From contig OY761556.1 in assembly GCA_963664705.1 (NCBI GenBank), positions 5,248,001-5,312,000 on the forward strand: DNA of 64,000 bases, given 5' to 3'. Under the pieces are notes generated by a model. The model was not told where the DNA came from. It did not search any database and saw only the letters and a program-made list of their open reading frames with translations. Each line of letters opens with the position of its first letter. The stretch's first letter is position 1. The position numbers and the translations under genes are program-made. This document shows positions 42,182 to 52,208 of the stretch, piece by piece. The stretch is from Acidobacteriota bacterium. Its GTDB lineage: Bacteria; Acidobacteriota; UBA6911.

Positions 42182-43093
42182 CTATTTCCAGAGATATTCA
42201 AACCGTATGTGGGACTCGGACCGGTCCGGGCTCAGGGATAGAGCAGATCGGGAATCCCCGAGAAGAAGATCGAGAATGGAATAGGTCTTTTTTGCGGGGC
42301 TTAGAACCTTTGGCGTTCCGGAAATTCCCGCAATTCGTCCCGCTTCCTCAATAGCCTCCTGGTAGGTCCCAATCGCATCGATCAGTCCGTTGGCTTTCGC
42401 CTCCTCGCCGGTGTAGACACGACCGTCCGCCAGCTTCCGCACATCTTCTTCTTTCAGTTTCCGGCTCTTTGATACGGCGGATACAAACTGGCCATACATG
42501 TTGCCGATCAGATTTTGAAAATAAACCTTCTCTTCTTCCGTAAGCGGGCGCGTACCGGAACCCGCATCCTTCAACGAACCGCTCTTAATGACAATGCTCT
42601 CCATCTTGGCCCATTTGAGCAGGTCGCCATAATTATACCACTCGGCTATCACGCCGATGCTCCCGGTAATGGTCCCGGGATTGGCATAGATCTTGTCTGC
42701 CGCGCAAGCCGCGTAATATCCGCCTGACGCGGCGACAGATCCCATACTTACCACTACTTTCTTTTTCGATTCCGCGCGGAATTTCTTTATAGCTTCGTAA
42801 ATTTCCTGCGAAGCCGCAACACCACCGCCCGGGCTGTTGATTCGCAAAACTACCGCGCGAACACCCGAACGGTTTCCATAATCCTTGAGCTGCTCGATGA
42901 ATTCCTTTGAATCGGAAATGACGCCTTCAAGCTCGACGGCCGCAATCTGATTGCCGGAAAAGCTTATCCCGGGGGAGCTTTCACCTGAAAAGTAAACCGC
43001 CAGGGCGAGGAGACACAGGATAAAGAAGAAGAAAGCTCCCCCGCCCAGGATAATCCAAAGCAACAGATTCGATCGCTTCCGCTGTGTCTCCAA
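42182..43093 (-). CDS. sppA: Signal peptide peptidase SppA (36K type)
   Basis: RINSPGG, AASGGYY, TGSIGV, ADGRVYTG. Confidence 0.93.
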   Translation of the reverse strand: METQRKRSNLLLWIILGGGAFFFFILCLLALAVYFSGESSPGISFSGNQIAAVELEGVISDSKEFIEQLKDYGNRSGVRAVVLRINSPGGGVAASQEIYEAIKKFRAESKKKVVVSMGSVAASGGYYAACAADKIYANPGTITGSIGVIAEWYNYGDLLKWAKMESIVIKSGSLKDAGSGTRPLTEEEKVYFQNLIGNMYGQFVSAVSKSRKLKEEDVRKLADGRVYTGEEAKANGLIDAIGTYQEAIEEAGRIAGISGTPKVLSPAKKTYSILDLLLGDSRSALSLSPDRSESHIRFEYLWK

Positions 43094-43115
43094 GTTAGAG
43101 CCTAAGGCCTTTCAC

Positions 43116-44906
43116 CTATTCGTTTTCAGGCTTTTTGAATCGCTGCAACTGTTCGCCCAGCCGTTCGCCCATGGAGGCATTTCCCGAGTCGGCGGAAGCC
43201 ATGTACGAAGTGAATTCGAACCGGGGCTCTTCTTCCTTCATGGCCTTCAGGCTCAAACCAATCTTCTTTTCCTGCAGGTTCATCTTAATGACCCGCATTT
43301 CGACTTCCTGGCCGATGTTGAGAAATTCTGTCGGTTTTTCGACATGCTTTTCATCAAGCTCGGATACGTGGCACAGTCCCTCGACGCCTTCTTCCAGTTC
43401 AACAAAAGCCCCGAAATTGGTCATTCGAACGACTTTACCCTTTACCGCCTCTCCAAGCTGGTGACGGCTGAACCAGTCTTCCCAACGATCCGGCTCAAGC
43501 TGCTTGATCCCTAACGAGAGTTTCTGGTTGGCTGCATCGATACTTAGAACTACGGCTTGAACCTCGTCCCCCTTCTTCAGCACTTCAGAGGGGTGCTTCA
43601 TCCGCTTCGTCCAGGATATATCCGATACATGCACCAAACCGTCGATCCCGTCTTCTACTTCCACAAAAGCGCCAAAATCGGTGATATTCCGGACCTTGCC
43701 GCTGATGACAGTACCGGGGGCGTACCGGGCTTCAATGACATCCCATGGATTGGGCTCGGTCTGTTTCAGACCCAGGGAGATTCTACGGGACTCCACATCG
43801 ATATCCAATACGACCGCTTCCACCGTGTCTCCGACGCTGAGGATCTTCGACGGATGCTTGACGCGCTTGTTCCAGGTCATTTCGGAGATATGAATCAGTC
43901 CCTCAACACCCGGTTCCAGCTCAACAAAGGCACCGTAATCCGTAAGGCTGACCACTTTGCCCGAAACACGCATGTTTTTCGGGTAACGCATATCAGCGTG
44001 CAGCCAGGGGTCTTCGGTCATCTGCTTGAATCCCAGGGAAACCCGACCGTCTTCTTTGGTGAACTTGATGACCTTCACCTGCAGCTTATCACCCACGGCA
44101 AAGAGCTCGGACGGATGATTCACGCGGCCCCAGGACATGTCTGTGATGTGGAGCAGGCCATCGACGCCGCCAAGATCAATAAATGCACCGTAATCGGTGA
44201 TGTTCTTGACGACACCTTCCATGACTTTGCCCGCCTCGAGAACTTCCATGGTCTTTTCTTTCTCTTCCTTCATGGATTCCTCGAGAACGGCTTTTCTCGA
44301 AAGCACGATGTTCCCGCGTTTCTTATTCACCTTGATGACGCGCATTTCGAATTCTTCGCCGCGCAGGCTGTCAAGGTTGCGAACCGGGCGCACATCAATC
44401 TGGGATCCCGGCAGGAAAGCCCGGACACCGATGTCGACCGCCAGACCGCCTTTGATCCGCTCAATGACGCGGCCTTTGACGACGGTTCCTTCACGATACG
44501 CGCGCTCGATTTCGTCCCAAATCTTCATCCGCTCGGCTTTTTCCCTGGATAGGACGACGTAGCCTCTGGAGTCTTCGGTCTGTTCCAGGAAGACATCTAT
44601 CGCATCTCCCGCTTTTACGGTGACCTGACCGCGATCATTCATGAACTGCTCAATGGGAATGATCCCTTCAGACTTGAAACCGACATCAACAACAACTCCA
44701 CCGCCAGAGATGGCAATGACCCGGCCCTTGATAACCTCTCCCTCAGAGAAACTCTGAGTTCTACCTTCGTATGCAGCCAGAAGCGCCTCGAAGTTGTTTT
44801 CGTCTTCTTTTGCTCCGGCGGGGGTGTTTTCCTGGGTTGGTACTGCCGCGTCCGGCTGAGATGAAGCGTCAGCTGCAGGATGCGTTTCGTTAACGTCAAA
44901 TGACAT
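43116..44906 (-). CDS. rpsA: 30S ribosomal protein S1
   Basis: Six S1 repeats (AFLPGSQ, DYGAFIDLGG, GLIHISE and others). Confidence 0.98.
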   Translation of the reverse strand: MSFDVNETHPAADASSQPDAAVPTQENTPAGAKEDENNFEALLAAYEGRTQSFSEGEVIKGRVIAISGGGVVVDVGFKSEGIIPIEQFMNDRGQVTVKAGDAIDVFLEQTEDSRGYVVLSREKAERMKIWDEIERAYREGTVVKGRVIERIKGGLAVDIGVRAFLPGSQIDVRPVRNLDSLRGEEFEMRVIKVNKKRGNIVLSRKAVLEESMKEEKEKTMEVLEAGKVMEGVVKNITDYGAFIDLGGVDGLLHITDMSWGRVNHPSELFAVGDKLQVKVIKFTKEDGRVSLGFKQMTEDPWLHADMRYPKNMRVSGKVVSLTDYGAFVELEPGVEGLIHISEMTWNKRVKHPSKILSVGDTVEAVVLDIDVESRRISLGLKQTEPNPWDVIEARYAPGTVISGKVRNITDFGAFVEVEDGIDGLVHVSDISWTKRMKHPSEVLKKGDEVQAVVLSIDAANQKLSLGIKQLEPDRWEDWFSRHQLGEAVKGKVVRMTNFGAFVELEEGVEGLCHVSELDEKHVEKPTEFLNIGQEVEMRVIKMNLQEKKIGLSLKAMKEEEPRFEFTSYMASADSGNASMGERLGEQLQRFKKPENE

Positions 44907-45442
44907 TCATTTCCTCCTGAATTAGATCCGAGCCCGCAGAAGGCGGGAAGGGACCCGTATTTTTTACGAATCTATGAGTGCTGTGAGGTATGGAACAGGA
45001 AGTGGCTTACCTGTGTATGCTTGATTTATTGTGTGCGGCAAATCCAAATGTCCACATCCCTTTATCACGAGAGATATAAGCGTCTATGTATAACTCCATC
45101 TACAACTATTGTCAAGATTCGCTTTCCGCGTGAAACAAGGAAGACAGGCCTGTGCCCGCTATCACGATGGAACCCATTCTACCCAAGCTGGGGCGTGCCA
45201 ATGAGAACAGGGGTTCATATCCGCAGCTTCCGGGCCGGAACCTTTATGAAAAACTGTTCCATTATATGGCTTCCAATCGTGATGGCGTTTTCAATGCTCC
45301 ATATATTCATGGTTACAGGGAGCCGGCGAATCCGGAATAGATAGGGGAAAAGGAGCCTCCGTTGTCCATTGATTTGGGCGTGGCGAATGGGCGCGCAGGC
45401 ATGTTATATACACGGCTTCTGGTTTAGGAATAGGAGGTTCAC

Positions 45443-46282
45443 ATGAGCGGAATACCGGTACTGTATGTGGAGGCCGACTGCATTGCGCGGGGCTGGGAAA
45501 ACTCCTTGATCGAATTGCACCGGAGCGGCTGCGAAGTCCGCACACAGTACGATAAGCCGGAGGATCCTCCCAGTAAAGATTGCACCATGATCCTCACAAT
45601 TCACGACCCGCTTGGCGAGCCGATGATTCATAAGGATTTTCCGGGTGGGCCGGAAGAGCTTCAGGAATACGTCATGGAAGTATGCGAGGGCATCAAGGAC
45701 CACCTTGTCCGTGATCGCGAGGATCCAACCGACACCCGGTGGGACTACACGTATCACGGCAGATTGGCTTCCTACGATATTCCCGGGATTCAAACCTTCA
45801 ACCAGATTGAAACCATGTGCCAGAAGCTGGCGGAGGTGCCCCATACACGAAGGGCGCAGGCTATTACATGGAAAGTCTGGGATGATAATGATTGCTTTGA
45901 TCCGCCCTGTCTTCAAAGCATCTGGGCGCGGATGACAGAGGAAAATGCCGAATGGGTGTTGAGTCTGAATGCGCGCTTCCGGTCCAACGATGCCTATAAG
46001 GCGGCATTCATGAATATGTTTGCGCTGGTTCAGCTGCAGAAAAATATGGCGGCGCGCATTACGGAAATTTTGGGCAAAGAGGTCAAAGTCGGGCGGTACT
46101 GTCACATGGCCGACAGTTACCACCTTTATGGTTCCTATTTTCGGGAATTCGAAGGGCGATTCCTCGGCGCTCTGCAAAAGCGTGGATTCGAGCAGAGGAC
46201 CATCCGCTATGAATCGGTGAAGGAGATGATGGAGGACGCCCGCCCGCAGATACTTGAAAAAGCAAAGCAAATGGGACGGTAG
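45443..46282 (+). CDS. Thymidylate synthase family protein, archaeal-type
   Basis: YTYHGRL, TRRAQ, catalytic DPPCLQ, FRSND....MN, SYHLY; AGGAGG RBS. Confidence 0.8.
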   Translation: MSGIPVLYVEADCIARGWENSLIELHRSGCEVRTQYDKPEDPPSKDCTMILTIHDPLGEPMIHKDFPGGPEELQEYVMEVCEGIKDHLVRDREDPTDTRWDYTYHGRLASYDIPGIQTFNQIETMCQKLAEVPHTRRAQAITWKVWDDNDCFDPPCLQSIWARMTEENAEWVLSLNARFRSNDAYKAAFMNMFALVQLQKNMAARITEILGKEVKVGRYCHMADSYHLYGSYFREFEGRFLGALQKRGFEQRTIRYESVKEMMEDARPQILEKAKQMGR

Positions 46283-46324
46283 CGCATATTCCGCGCACAA
46301 AGACTCTTTCTGCGGTTTGGCCGG

Positions 46325-47785
46325 CTATTTTTTTAGGAGTTGCCAGTGAATGGAAATGGCTGAATATTTGGCCGACCCGCTATAGAGCATCAAGCGCTTC
46401 CAGGCATTTGCCTCGGTGGGCGTTTGTCGGATTTCTACTTCCTTGGGATCCACATCGATTGTCACAGGATCGCCTGGCAGCATATTCCCCTCAATGGTTC
46501 CAATGGAAGCTCTCGGTCCGTCGATAACGAGAATCGAGTTTTTGGGCAAATTGCCGGTCCAGCTGATGAAGCCGGAGGCAGGACCTGGCGCCTGACCCGC
46601 CGAGGGGACAAATTTCCTGACGGGCGGCTCCGCTGCGGGCTGTTTCGACACGGGCCCGGATTTCGGTTCGATCGCCGGACTCGAAGACGGAACCGTGTTT
46701 GATATTTCCGGTTGAGTCGCTTCGGCGACGCTTGTTGGGACTGTTACCGGGACCTGTAATTCGGCTCGTGGCGGCTGTTGAGGCGCGTGTTTAACGAAAA
46801 ATAAAGCAGCGACAGCGAGAATCACGGCCGCTGCCAGCGCAATCCATTTCCAGGTACCGCCCTGTTTTATAACCTCCGGCTCCTCCTCTGCCGGCATGTC
46901 CGGCGCTGGTTGGACGGCGGTGGGGGCGATCGGAACCGCAGCGGGCTGGAGTTTGCTTTGCTGTTCTTCTCGATGCCGTGCGTAGCAGGACTCGAGCTCC
47001 CGCACAAAATCGACGCAACTCTCAAACCGCATTGGTGGAGTTTTGGAGAAAGCCTTCTCAAATGCGGGTCGAAGGAAGGAAGGCAAACCGGAACTTTCAT
47101 ATTCCGGTTCTTCCCATAGGATTTTTGATAATACGGCCGTCAGAGTGGGGCCGTCAAAAGGAAGCTTTCCCGTCAGGATTCGATAGGCGACCACCGCCAG
47201 GGAAAACTGATCCGCACGCCCGTCTGTCTCATGCCCTTGCGCATGCTCGGGCGACATATAACTGGGTGTGCCCAACACGAAGCCGGCCTGCGTCAACGAA
47301 GTCGATGCCGATAGCTTCGCCACTCCAAAGTCAGCAATTTTGACCGCCCCATTCGTGGAGATCATGATGTTGGACGGCTTGATGTCCCGGTGGACTATGC
47401 CCTTGCTGTGAGCATAATCCAGCGCTTCGGCCGTTTGTTTCAAAATGGAAAGGAAGGTGGCGGAGGGCTGCGGAACGCCGCTTGCCAGGATGTCCTCCAG
47501 AGTTTTGCCGGTCACAAATTCCATCACAATATAGGCATTGCTCAGACGCTCACCGATATCGTGGATCGTAATGATTCCAGGGTGAGAAAGAATCCCGGCG
47601 GACTGGGCCTCCCTGAATAAACGGCGTGTCAACTCATCCCGCGTGCTCTCATCACCAAGGGCATCCAGGCGAATTGTTTTGATTGCAACCTGGCGGCCGA
47701 TGAGGGGGTCGATGGCAGCGTACACGACTCCCATGGCCCCTCGCCCCAGCTCCCGAATAATCTCATATCGGCCCAATTGCTGCAT
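46325..47785 (-). CDS. Hanks-type Ser/Thr protein kinase, membrane-anchored (T6SS-associated)
   Basis: LGRGAMGVV, VAIK, HRDIKPSN, DFG, GTPSYMSPE; TM segment; Pro-rich extracytoplasmic region. Confidence 0.93.
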   Translation of the reverse strand: MQQLGRYEIIRELGRGAMGVVYAAIDPLIGRQVAIKTIRLDALGDESTRDELTRRLFREAQSAGILSHPGIITIHDIGERLSNAYIVMEFVTGKTLEDILASGVPQPSATFLSILKQTAEALDYAHSKGIVHRDIKPSNIMISTNGAVKIADFGVAKLSASTSLTQAGFVLGTPSYMSPEHAQGHETDGRADQFSLAVVAYRILTGKLPFDGPTLTAVLSKILWEEPEYESSGLPSFLRPAFEKAFSKTPPMRFESCVDFVRELESCYARHREEQQSKLQPAAVPIAPTAVQPAPDMPAEEEPEVIKQGGTWKWIALAAAVILAVAALFFVKHAPQQPPRAELQVPVTVPTSVAEATQPEISNTVPSSSPAIEPKSGPVSKQPAAEPPVRKFVPSAGQAPGPASGFISWTGNLPKNSILVIDGPRASIGTIEGNMLPGDPVTIDVDPKEVEIRQTPTEANAWKRLMLYSGSAKYSAISIHWQLLKK

Positions 47786-47810
47786 GGCGCCCCTTTCCCC
47801 AAAGCCTTGA

Positions 47811-48305
47811 TCAGCCTCCGATCATAACCGTCGGACAACCCATGGCAATTTTGTTGGGGGGACCCAATGGTTCCAAAATCGAGTCTCCCTGCCTGGCAGC
47901 AGGAAGGTTATTAATCAGGACGGTTGAAGAACCGGTAATCACAACGCCCGGCCCATGCGGCGGTACGGGCGATGGCGTGGAACATGTATGAAGATCCGCT
48001 CCGGCGGCTGCCGAGGAGATCGCTGCCCCCATGGAGGCAAGCATGGAGGCTTTGAGCGCTTGTTCCGCAGCAAAAGCTGCGGGCGCTCCGGGTGAGCCGG
48101 CCGCCGCCTTTGTTGCCATTTCGGCCGCCTGCACTGCGGTATCGGCGGCCTGTTTTGCGGCCTGCACCGCGGCTACTGCTGCAAGAGGCATTCCGCGCCA
48201 GGCCGGAAGGAATCCTATGAGCACATTGGGGCTGCCGGGGCCGCCCGATAAGATGGGTGGAAGCGGATGGATTACAGGGTCTGTAATTCTAGCTGCGGCT
48301 GGCAT
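47811..48305 (-). CDS. PAAR-domain spike tip protein
   Basis: PAAARITD, LPAWRG, GSSTVLINNLPAARQGD, GCPTVMIGG; GGAGG RBS before ATG 48305. Confidence 0.9.
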   Translation of the reverse strand: MPAAARITDPVIHPLPPILSGGPGSPNVLIGFLPAWRGMPLAAVAAVQAAKQAADTAVQAAEMATKAAAGSPGAPAAFAAEQALKASMLASMGAAISSAAAGADLHTCSTPSPVPPHGPGVVITGSSTVLINNLPAARQGDSILEPLGPPNKIAMGCPTVMIGG

Positions 48306-48409
48306 CTTGCGATCCCTCCTCTTGGGAAGACCATCGATGGACCCCCGGACCGGAGTCAGGTTTGGCCGCGCGGGGTCCATGTGAGTCCAACAATGCATTC
48401 ACCGATAGT

Positions 48410-51031
48410 CTATGAATAAACGAAATTCCCGTCTTCTCCAACCGTTACGTTGATCGATTCCAGCTTCTGCCCTTCCGCGATGCGTGTGAGAAGCTGGCGT
48501 GAAATCTCGGGCAGCAGAGTATTGGTGATGATGTTATCCACGTTGCGTGCCCCGCTTTCCACTTCGGTGCAGCGGCGGCCGATTTCCTGGATCAATGGCT
48601 CGCTGCAGTTCAAATCGATCTTGTGGTTCTCCCGGATGCGCCGCTGGATCTTCCCAAGCTTGAGCAGAATGATCTTTCTCAACGCTTCATCACGGACCGG
48701 GTAATACGGAATAATCACGAGACGGCCGAGGAACGCCGGCTTGAAGGTTTTGTTCAGCTCCGGCTTGATCGCCTTTACGATTCCATCCGGCAAGGGCATG
48801 GTTTCAGGGTCGGCGCAGAGTTTCATCATGGCATCGGTCGCGGCATTGGAGGTGAGCAGAATAATCGTATTCTTAAAGTCGATTTCGCGACCTTCGCCAT
48901 CTTCCATCCGTCCCTTGTCAAAGACCTGGAAGAAAAGCTCGAGAACATCCGGATGGGCTTTCTCCACCTCGTCCAGGAGCACGACGGAATAGGGTCGGCG
49001 TCGGACGGCTTCGGTAAGAACACCGCCTTCTCCATAGCCGACATAGCCCGGAGGCGAGCCCTTCAAGGTAGACACGGTATGGGCTTCCTGGAATTCAGAC
49101 ATATTAATAGTGATGACGTTGCGCTCTCCCCCATAAATCATGTCGGCCAGCGCAAGCGCGGTTTCGGTTTTCCCGACGCCGCTGGGGCCCACGAGGAGGA
49201 AGACGCCGATCGGTTTTTGCGGATCTTCCATGCCCGCCCGGGAGGTACGGATGCGCTGGGCGAGGGCTTCCATTGCATGATCCTGGCCGATGACTCTTTC
49301 AGCCAGGTGCTTTTCCAGCGAAAGGATGGTCTGAATCTCGTCCTTCACCATCTTGCCGGTGGGAATGCCTGTCCAGGCAGAGATCACTTCACTGACGATA
49401 TGTCCATCCACGCAAACGCGCATCAACGGGTTATCGCCTTGGAGCGCATCCAGTTCCGCGGTGAGCTGATCGAGTTCGGCGCGCAGCGGAGCCTGATCTC
49501 CCGTGCCTTCCTCCAGCTTTGCCCGAATCTCCCGGATTTTTCCCACCAGGGCCGTCTCTTTTGCAAATCGTTCCTCCAGCAAGGAAAGCTGCTTCTTTAC
49601 ATCTTCGCGCCGGGTGCGAATCTGTTGGAGGCGCTCTTCGTGATCCCCGCCTGCAGCCGCTTCACGCAGCAATACCCGCTCCTGGAGGTCGAAGTCATCG
49701 ATCTGCCGCCTGGCATCCTCGATGGGGGCCGGAGTGGAATTCTGTCCCAGCGCAAGGCGCGCGCAGGCGGTGTCCAGGACGCTTACAGCCTTGTCCGGAA
49801 GCTGCCGTCCGGCCAGGAAACGGTGGGACAGGCGAACCGCGGCCGCTACCCCTTCGTCAAGGATGCGGACCTTGTGATGCTTTTCCAGCGAACCGACAAT
49901 TCCCCTCAACATCACAAGGCACTGCTGCTCTGTTGGTTCTTCCACCTTCACGACCTGGAAGCGGCGTGCGAGGGCCGGGTCTTTCTCGAAGTACTTTTTG
50001 AATTCAGACCATGTGGTTGCGGCGATGGTGCGTAGCTCACCGCGTGCCAGCGCTGGTTTCAGCAGGTTCGCGGCATCGTTCTGGCCCGCCTGTCCGCCGG
50101 CGCCAATCATGGTGTGAGCTTCATCAATAAATAGGATGATGGGTGAAGGAGAAGCCTTCACCTCCTCAATCAAGCCTTTGAGTCTGTTCTCGAACTCGCC
50201 TTTGATTCCAGCTCCCGCCTGCAGCAAGGCAAGGTCCAAAGTACGAATCGTGACATTCTTGAGCGCTGGGGGAACATCGTCGGCCGCTACACGCAGAGCC
50301 AGTCCTTCCACCACCGAGGTCTTTCCGACGCCGGCTTCACCGGTCAGGATCGGGTTGTTCTGGCGGCGGCGCATCAGAATATCGATGATCTGGCGCACCT
50401 CAACATCGCGGCCGAGAACGGGATCAATCTGGCCGTTTTTTGCCTTTTCCGACAGATTCACGGTGAACTGATCGAGATTGGGGGATTTGCCGCTTCCCGC
50501 CGGACGGGGAGTACCATCCCCAGCGGAGGGCTCCCCTGCAACGGCGGTTACGTCATCCTCATTGGAGCCGCGAATAATGGACGCCAGCTCCTTCTTCAGA
50601 GTATCAACTTCAAGCTTTGCCAGCTCTTTGCTGATCTCTCGCGCGATCCTGCCGAGTTCGTCGTCGGATATCATGGCCAGGATCGTAAAGCCGCTTCGCA
50701 CCTGGGCGGCACCATAGTCAATGGATCCCAGCGTCCATGCCTGGGTCAGCATTTTCAGAATGGAGGGACTGATTGCCGGCGTGCGCGCATTCCCGGATTT
50801 GAGCTTGTCGAGGCTGCGGGTAAGATCGGCGGTCAGTCTTGATTGATTTACCTCGAAACGATAGAAGATGCGCGCGACGTCATTGTCTGTCGCCTCCATC
50901 AATTTCATCAGGTAATGCTCGATCTCCACATTGTAATGCGTGCGGGACAGGCATAGTCCGGCGGCGCCTTCGAGAGCGCTGCGCGTTGGAGCATTCAGTT
51001 TTCCAATTAGTGACTTCAGGTTTACGCTCAT
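48410..51031 (-). CDS. tssH: T6SS AAA+ ATPase ClpV
   Basis: RRRQNNPILTGEAGVGKT, LPDKAVSVLDTACAR, GPSGVGKTETA, PPGYVGYGEGG. Confidence 0.97.
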   Translation of the reverse strand: MSVNLKSLIGKLNAPTRSALEGAAGLCLSRTHYNVEIEHYLMKLMEATDNDVARIFYRFEVNQSRLTADLTRSLDKLKSGNARTPAISPSILKMLTQAWTLGSIDYGAAQVRSGFTILAMISDDELGRIAREISKELAKLEVDTLKKELASIIRGSNEDDVTAVAGEPSAGDGTPRPAGSGKSPNLDQFTVNLSEKAKNGQIDPVLGRDVEVRQIIDILMRRRQNNPILTGEAGVGKTSVVEGLALRVAADDVPPALKNVTIRTLDLALLQAGAGIKGEFENRLKGLIEEVKASPSPIILFIDEAHTMIGAGGQAGQNDAANLLKPALARGELRTIAATTWSEFKKYFEKDPALARRFQVVKVEEPTEQQCLVMLRGIVGSLEKHHKVRILDEGVAAAVRLSHRFLAGRQLPDKAVSVLDTACARLALGQNSTPAPIEDARRQIDDFDLQERVLLREAAAGGDHEERLQQIRTRREDVKKQLSLLEERFAKETALVGKIREIRAKLEEGTGDQAPLRAELDQLTAELDALQGDNPLMRVCVDGHIVSEVISAWTGIPTGKMVKDEIQTILSLEKHLAERVIGQDHAMEALAQRIRTSRAGMEDPQKPIGVFLLVGPSGVGKTETALALADMIYGGERNVITINMSEFQEAHTVSTLKGSPPGYVGYGEGGVLTEAVRRRPYSVVLLDEVEKAHPDVLELFFQVFDKGRMEDGEGREIDFKNTIILLTSNAATDAMMKLCADPETMPLPDGIVKAIKPELNKTFKPAFLGRLVIIPYYPVRDEALRKIILLKLGKIQRRIRENHKIDLNCSEPLIQEIGRRCTEVESGARNVDNIITNTLLPEISRQLLTRIAEGQKLESINVTVGEDGNFVYS

Positions 51032-51167
51032 TCAGGACTCCTTGGGTAATGCCGCATGGTTATCGTCCAACAGGACGGTGAAAAGCGGCCCGGCACCTTG
51101 CGGGCCTGGCATAAAAGGCGATTTGCGAATCTTCGGAATAATGCAATTTCCTTTATTGCTTGCTGAA

Positions 51168-52208
51168 CTACAGCGCGAGGATGCTCTCATCCGGGTTTTG
51201 CGCCGGGGTTGTGGTCCGGGCCCAGGTAAGCCAGCCAAGTCGCGGAGCCGCGGGACCTTCCGCGCCAAGTTCGCAAGGCGGTGTTTCTTCCTTCTGCAAA
51301 ATCAACTGCGCCTCTATATCAAGCTCAGGACCGCTGAAAAGACGTACAAGAGCTCGTAATGGCTGATGTGCACTTCCCTCGGGAAGGAAATCAAGGTATT
51401 GCTTCAGCGTCAGGGGCCCCAGCTTTATTCGGACGCCGGATTGCTGGTCCCATATCTCATCTCCGACTACCGTGCCGAATCCCAGCTTTTCCGAATCGGA
51501 ATCGGTGCCCGTAAAGCGAGTGGCGTCGTCGATCGGGTACCATTTACCGACAAACTGCTCGATTTCAACCGGGACATCAAAATAGTCGATAAGCAGGGCG
51601 CGCAGGGCAGCGGCTGAACGAGCATGGCTCGCCAGGAGGCCCGAACGAAAAAGAAGCGCTTCGTCCGGGAACGGTTGCCGGGCGCTCAGGTGAGGCGTGC
51701 CCAAGCCCAAAAGATCCATCACGTGCGGGGACAGGGGATCGGGTTCACTCCGTTCATAGCCGACGGTGAAATGGTGTTTTTCCCATGCACGATAAAAAAG
51801 CGAAATGGCGCGGTGATTGAAAAGATCGAGAAACTCATGCAAGGCCACATCGCGAGAGCGAAGGCGTTCGCGAATCAGCGCGGAATATACGAGCGGAAGA
51901 AGGCCCTGGGGCCCGGTCAAACCCATAAAGCTGACATTCATCCGGGGTTGACGATCTTCGGTCCAGTGCATATCAGCGATAGGCCCCGGAGGAAAGCCAA
52001 TTTCTGTCGTGGTTCCAAAGCGGACAACCTCCGACTTTGGATCGGAGAAGCCGCCGACGGATTTCCTGTCCGGCAACAATCGGCTGAGAAGCCGTACTGC
52101 CTGAAAGAAGTCGAAAGCCGATGGCTTGCCGCGCAGCAGCTCTTCGATTTCCGGGGAAGCGATAGCATTTTCTACAGGAGAATTTTCGTTCCCGCTCTCG
52201 GGGGCCAT
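51168..52208 (-). CDS. tssG: T6SS baseplate TssG
   Basis: FDFFQAVRLL, FMGLTGPQGLLP, FLDLFNHR, RLGWLTW. Confidence 0.95.
   Translation of the reverse strand: MAPESGNENSPVENAIASPEIEELLRGKPSAFDFFQAVRLLSRLLPDRKSVGGFSDPKSEVVRFGTTTEIGFPPGPIADMHWTEDRQPRMNVSFMGLTGPQGLLPLVYSALIRERLRSRDVALHEFLDLFNHRAISLFYRAWEKHHFTVGYERSEPDPLSPHVMDLLGLGTPHLSARQPFPDEALLFRSGLLASHARSAAALRALLIDYFDVPVEIEQFVGKWYPIDDATRFTGTDSDSEKLGFGTVVGDEIWDQQSGVRIKLGPLTLKQYLDFLPEGSAHQPLRALVRLFSGPELDIEAQLILQKEETPPCELGAEGPAAPRLGWLTWARTTTPAQNPDESILAL

Noticed and set aside
45021-45545. Small ORFs and a possible NrdR box in the rpsA / thymidylate synthase spacer
   Set aside because: No convincing RBS or homology; the ACAACTATTGT palindrome fits the NrdR consensus poorly.
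51032-51268. 78-aa ORF between tssG and tssH
   Set aside because: It overlaps tssG out of frame and has no recognisable features.
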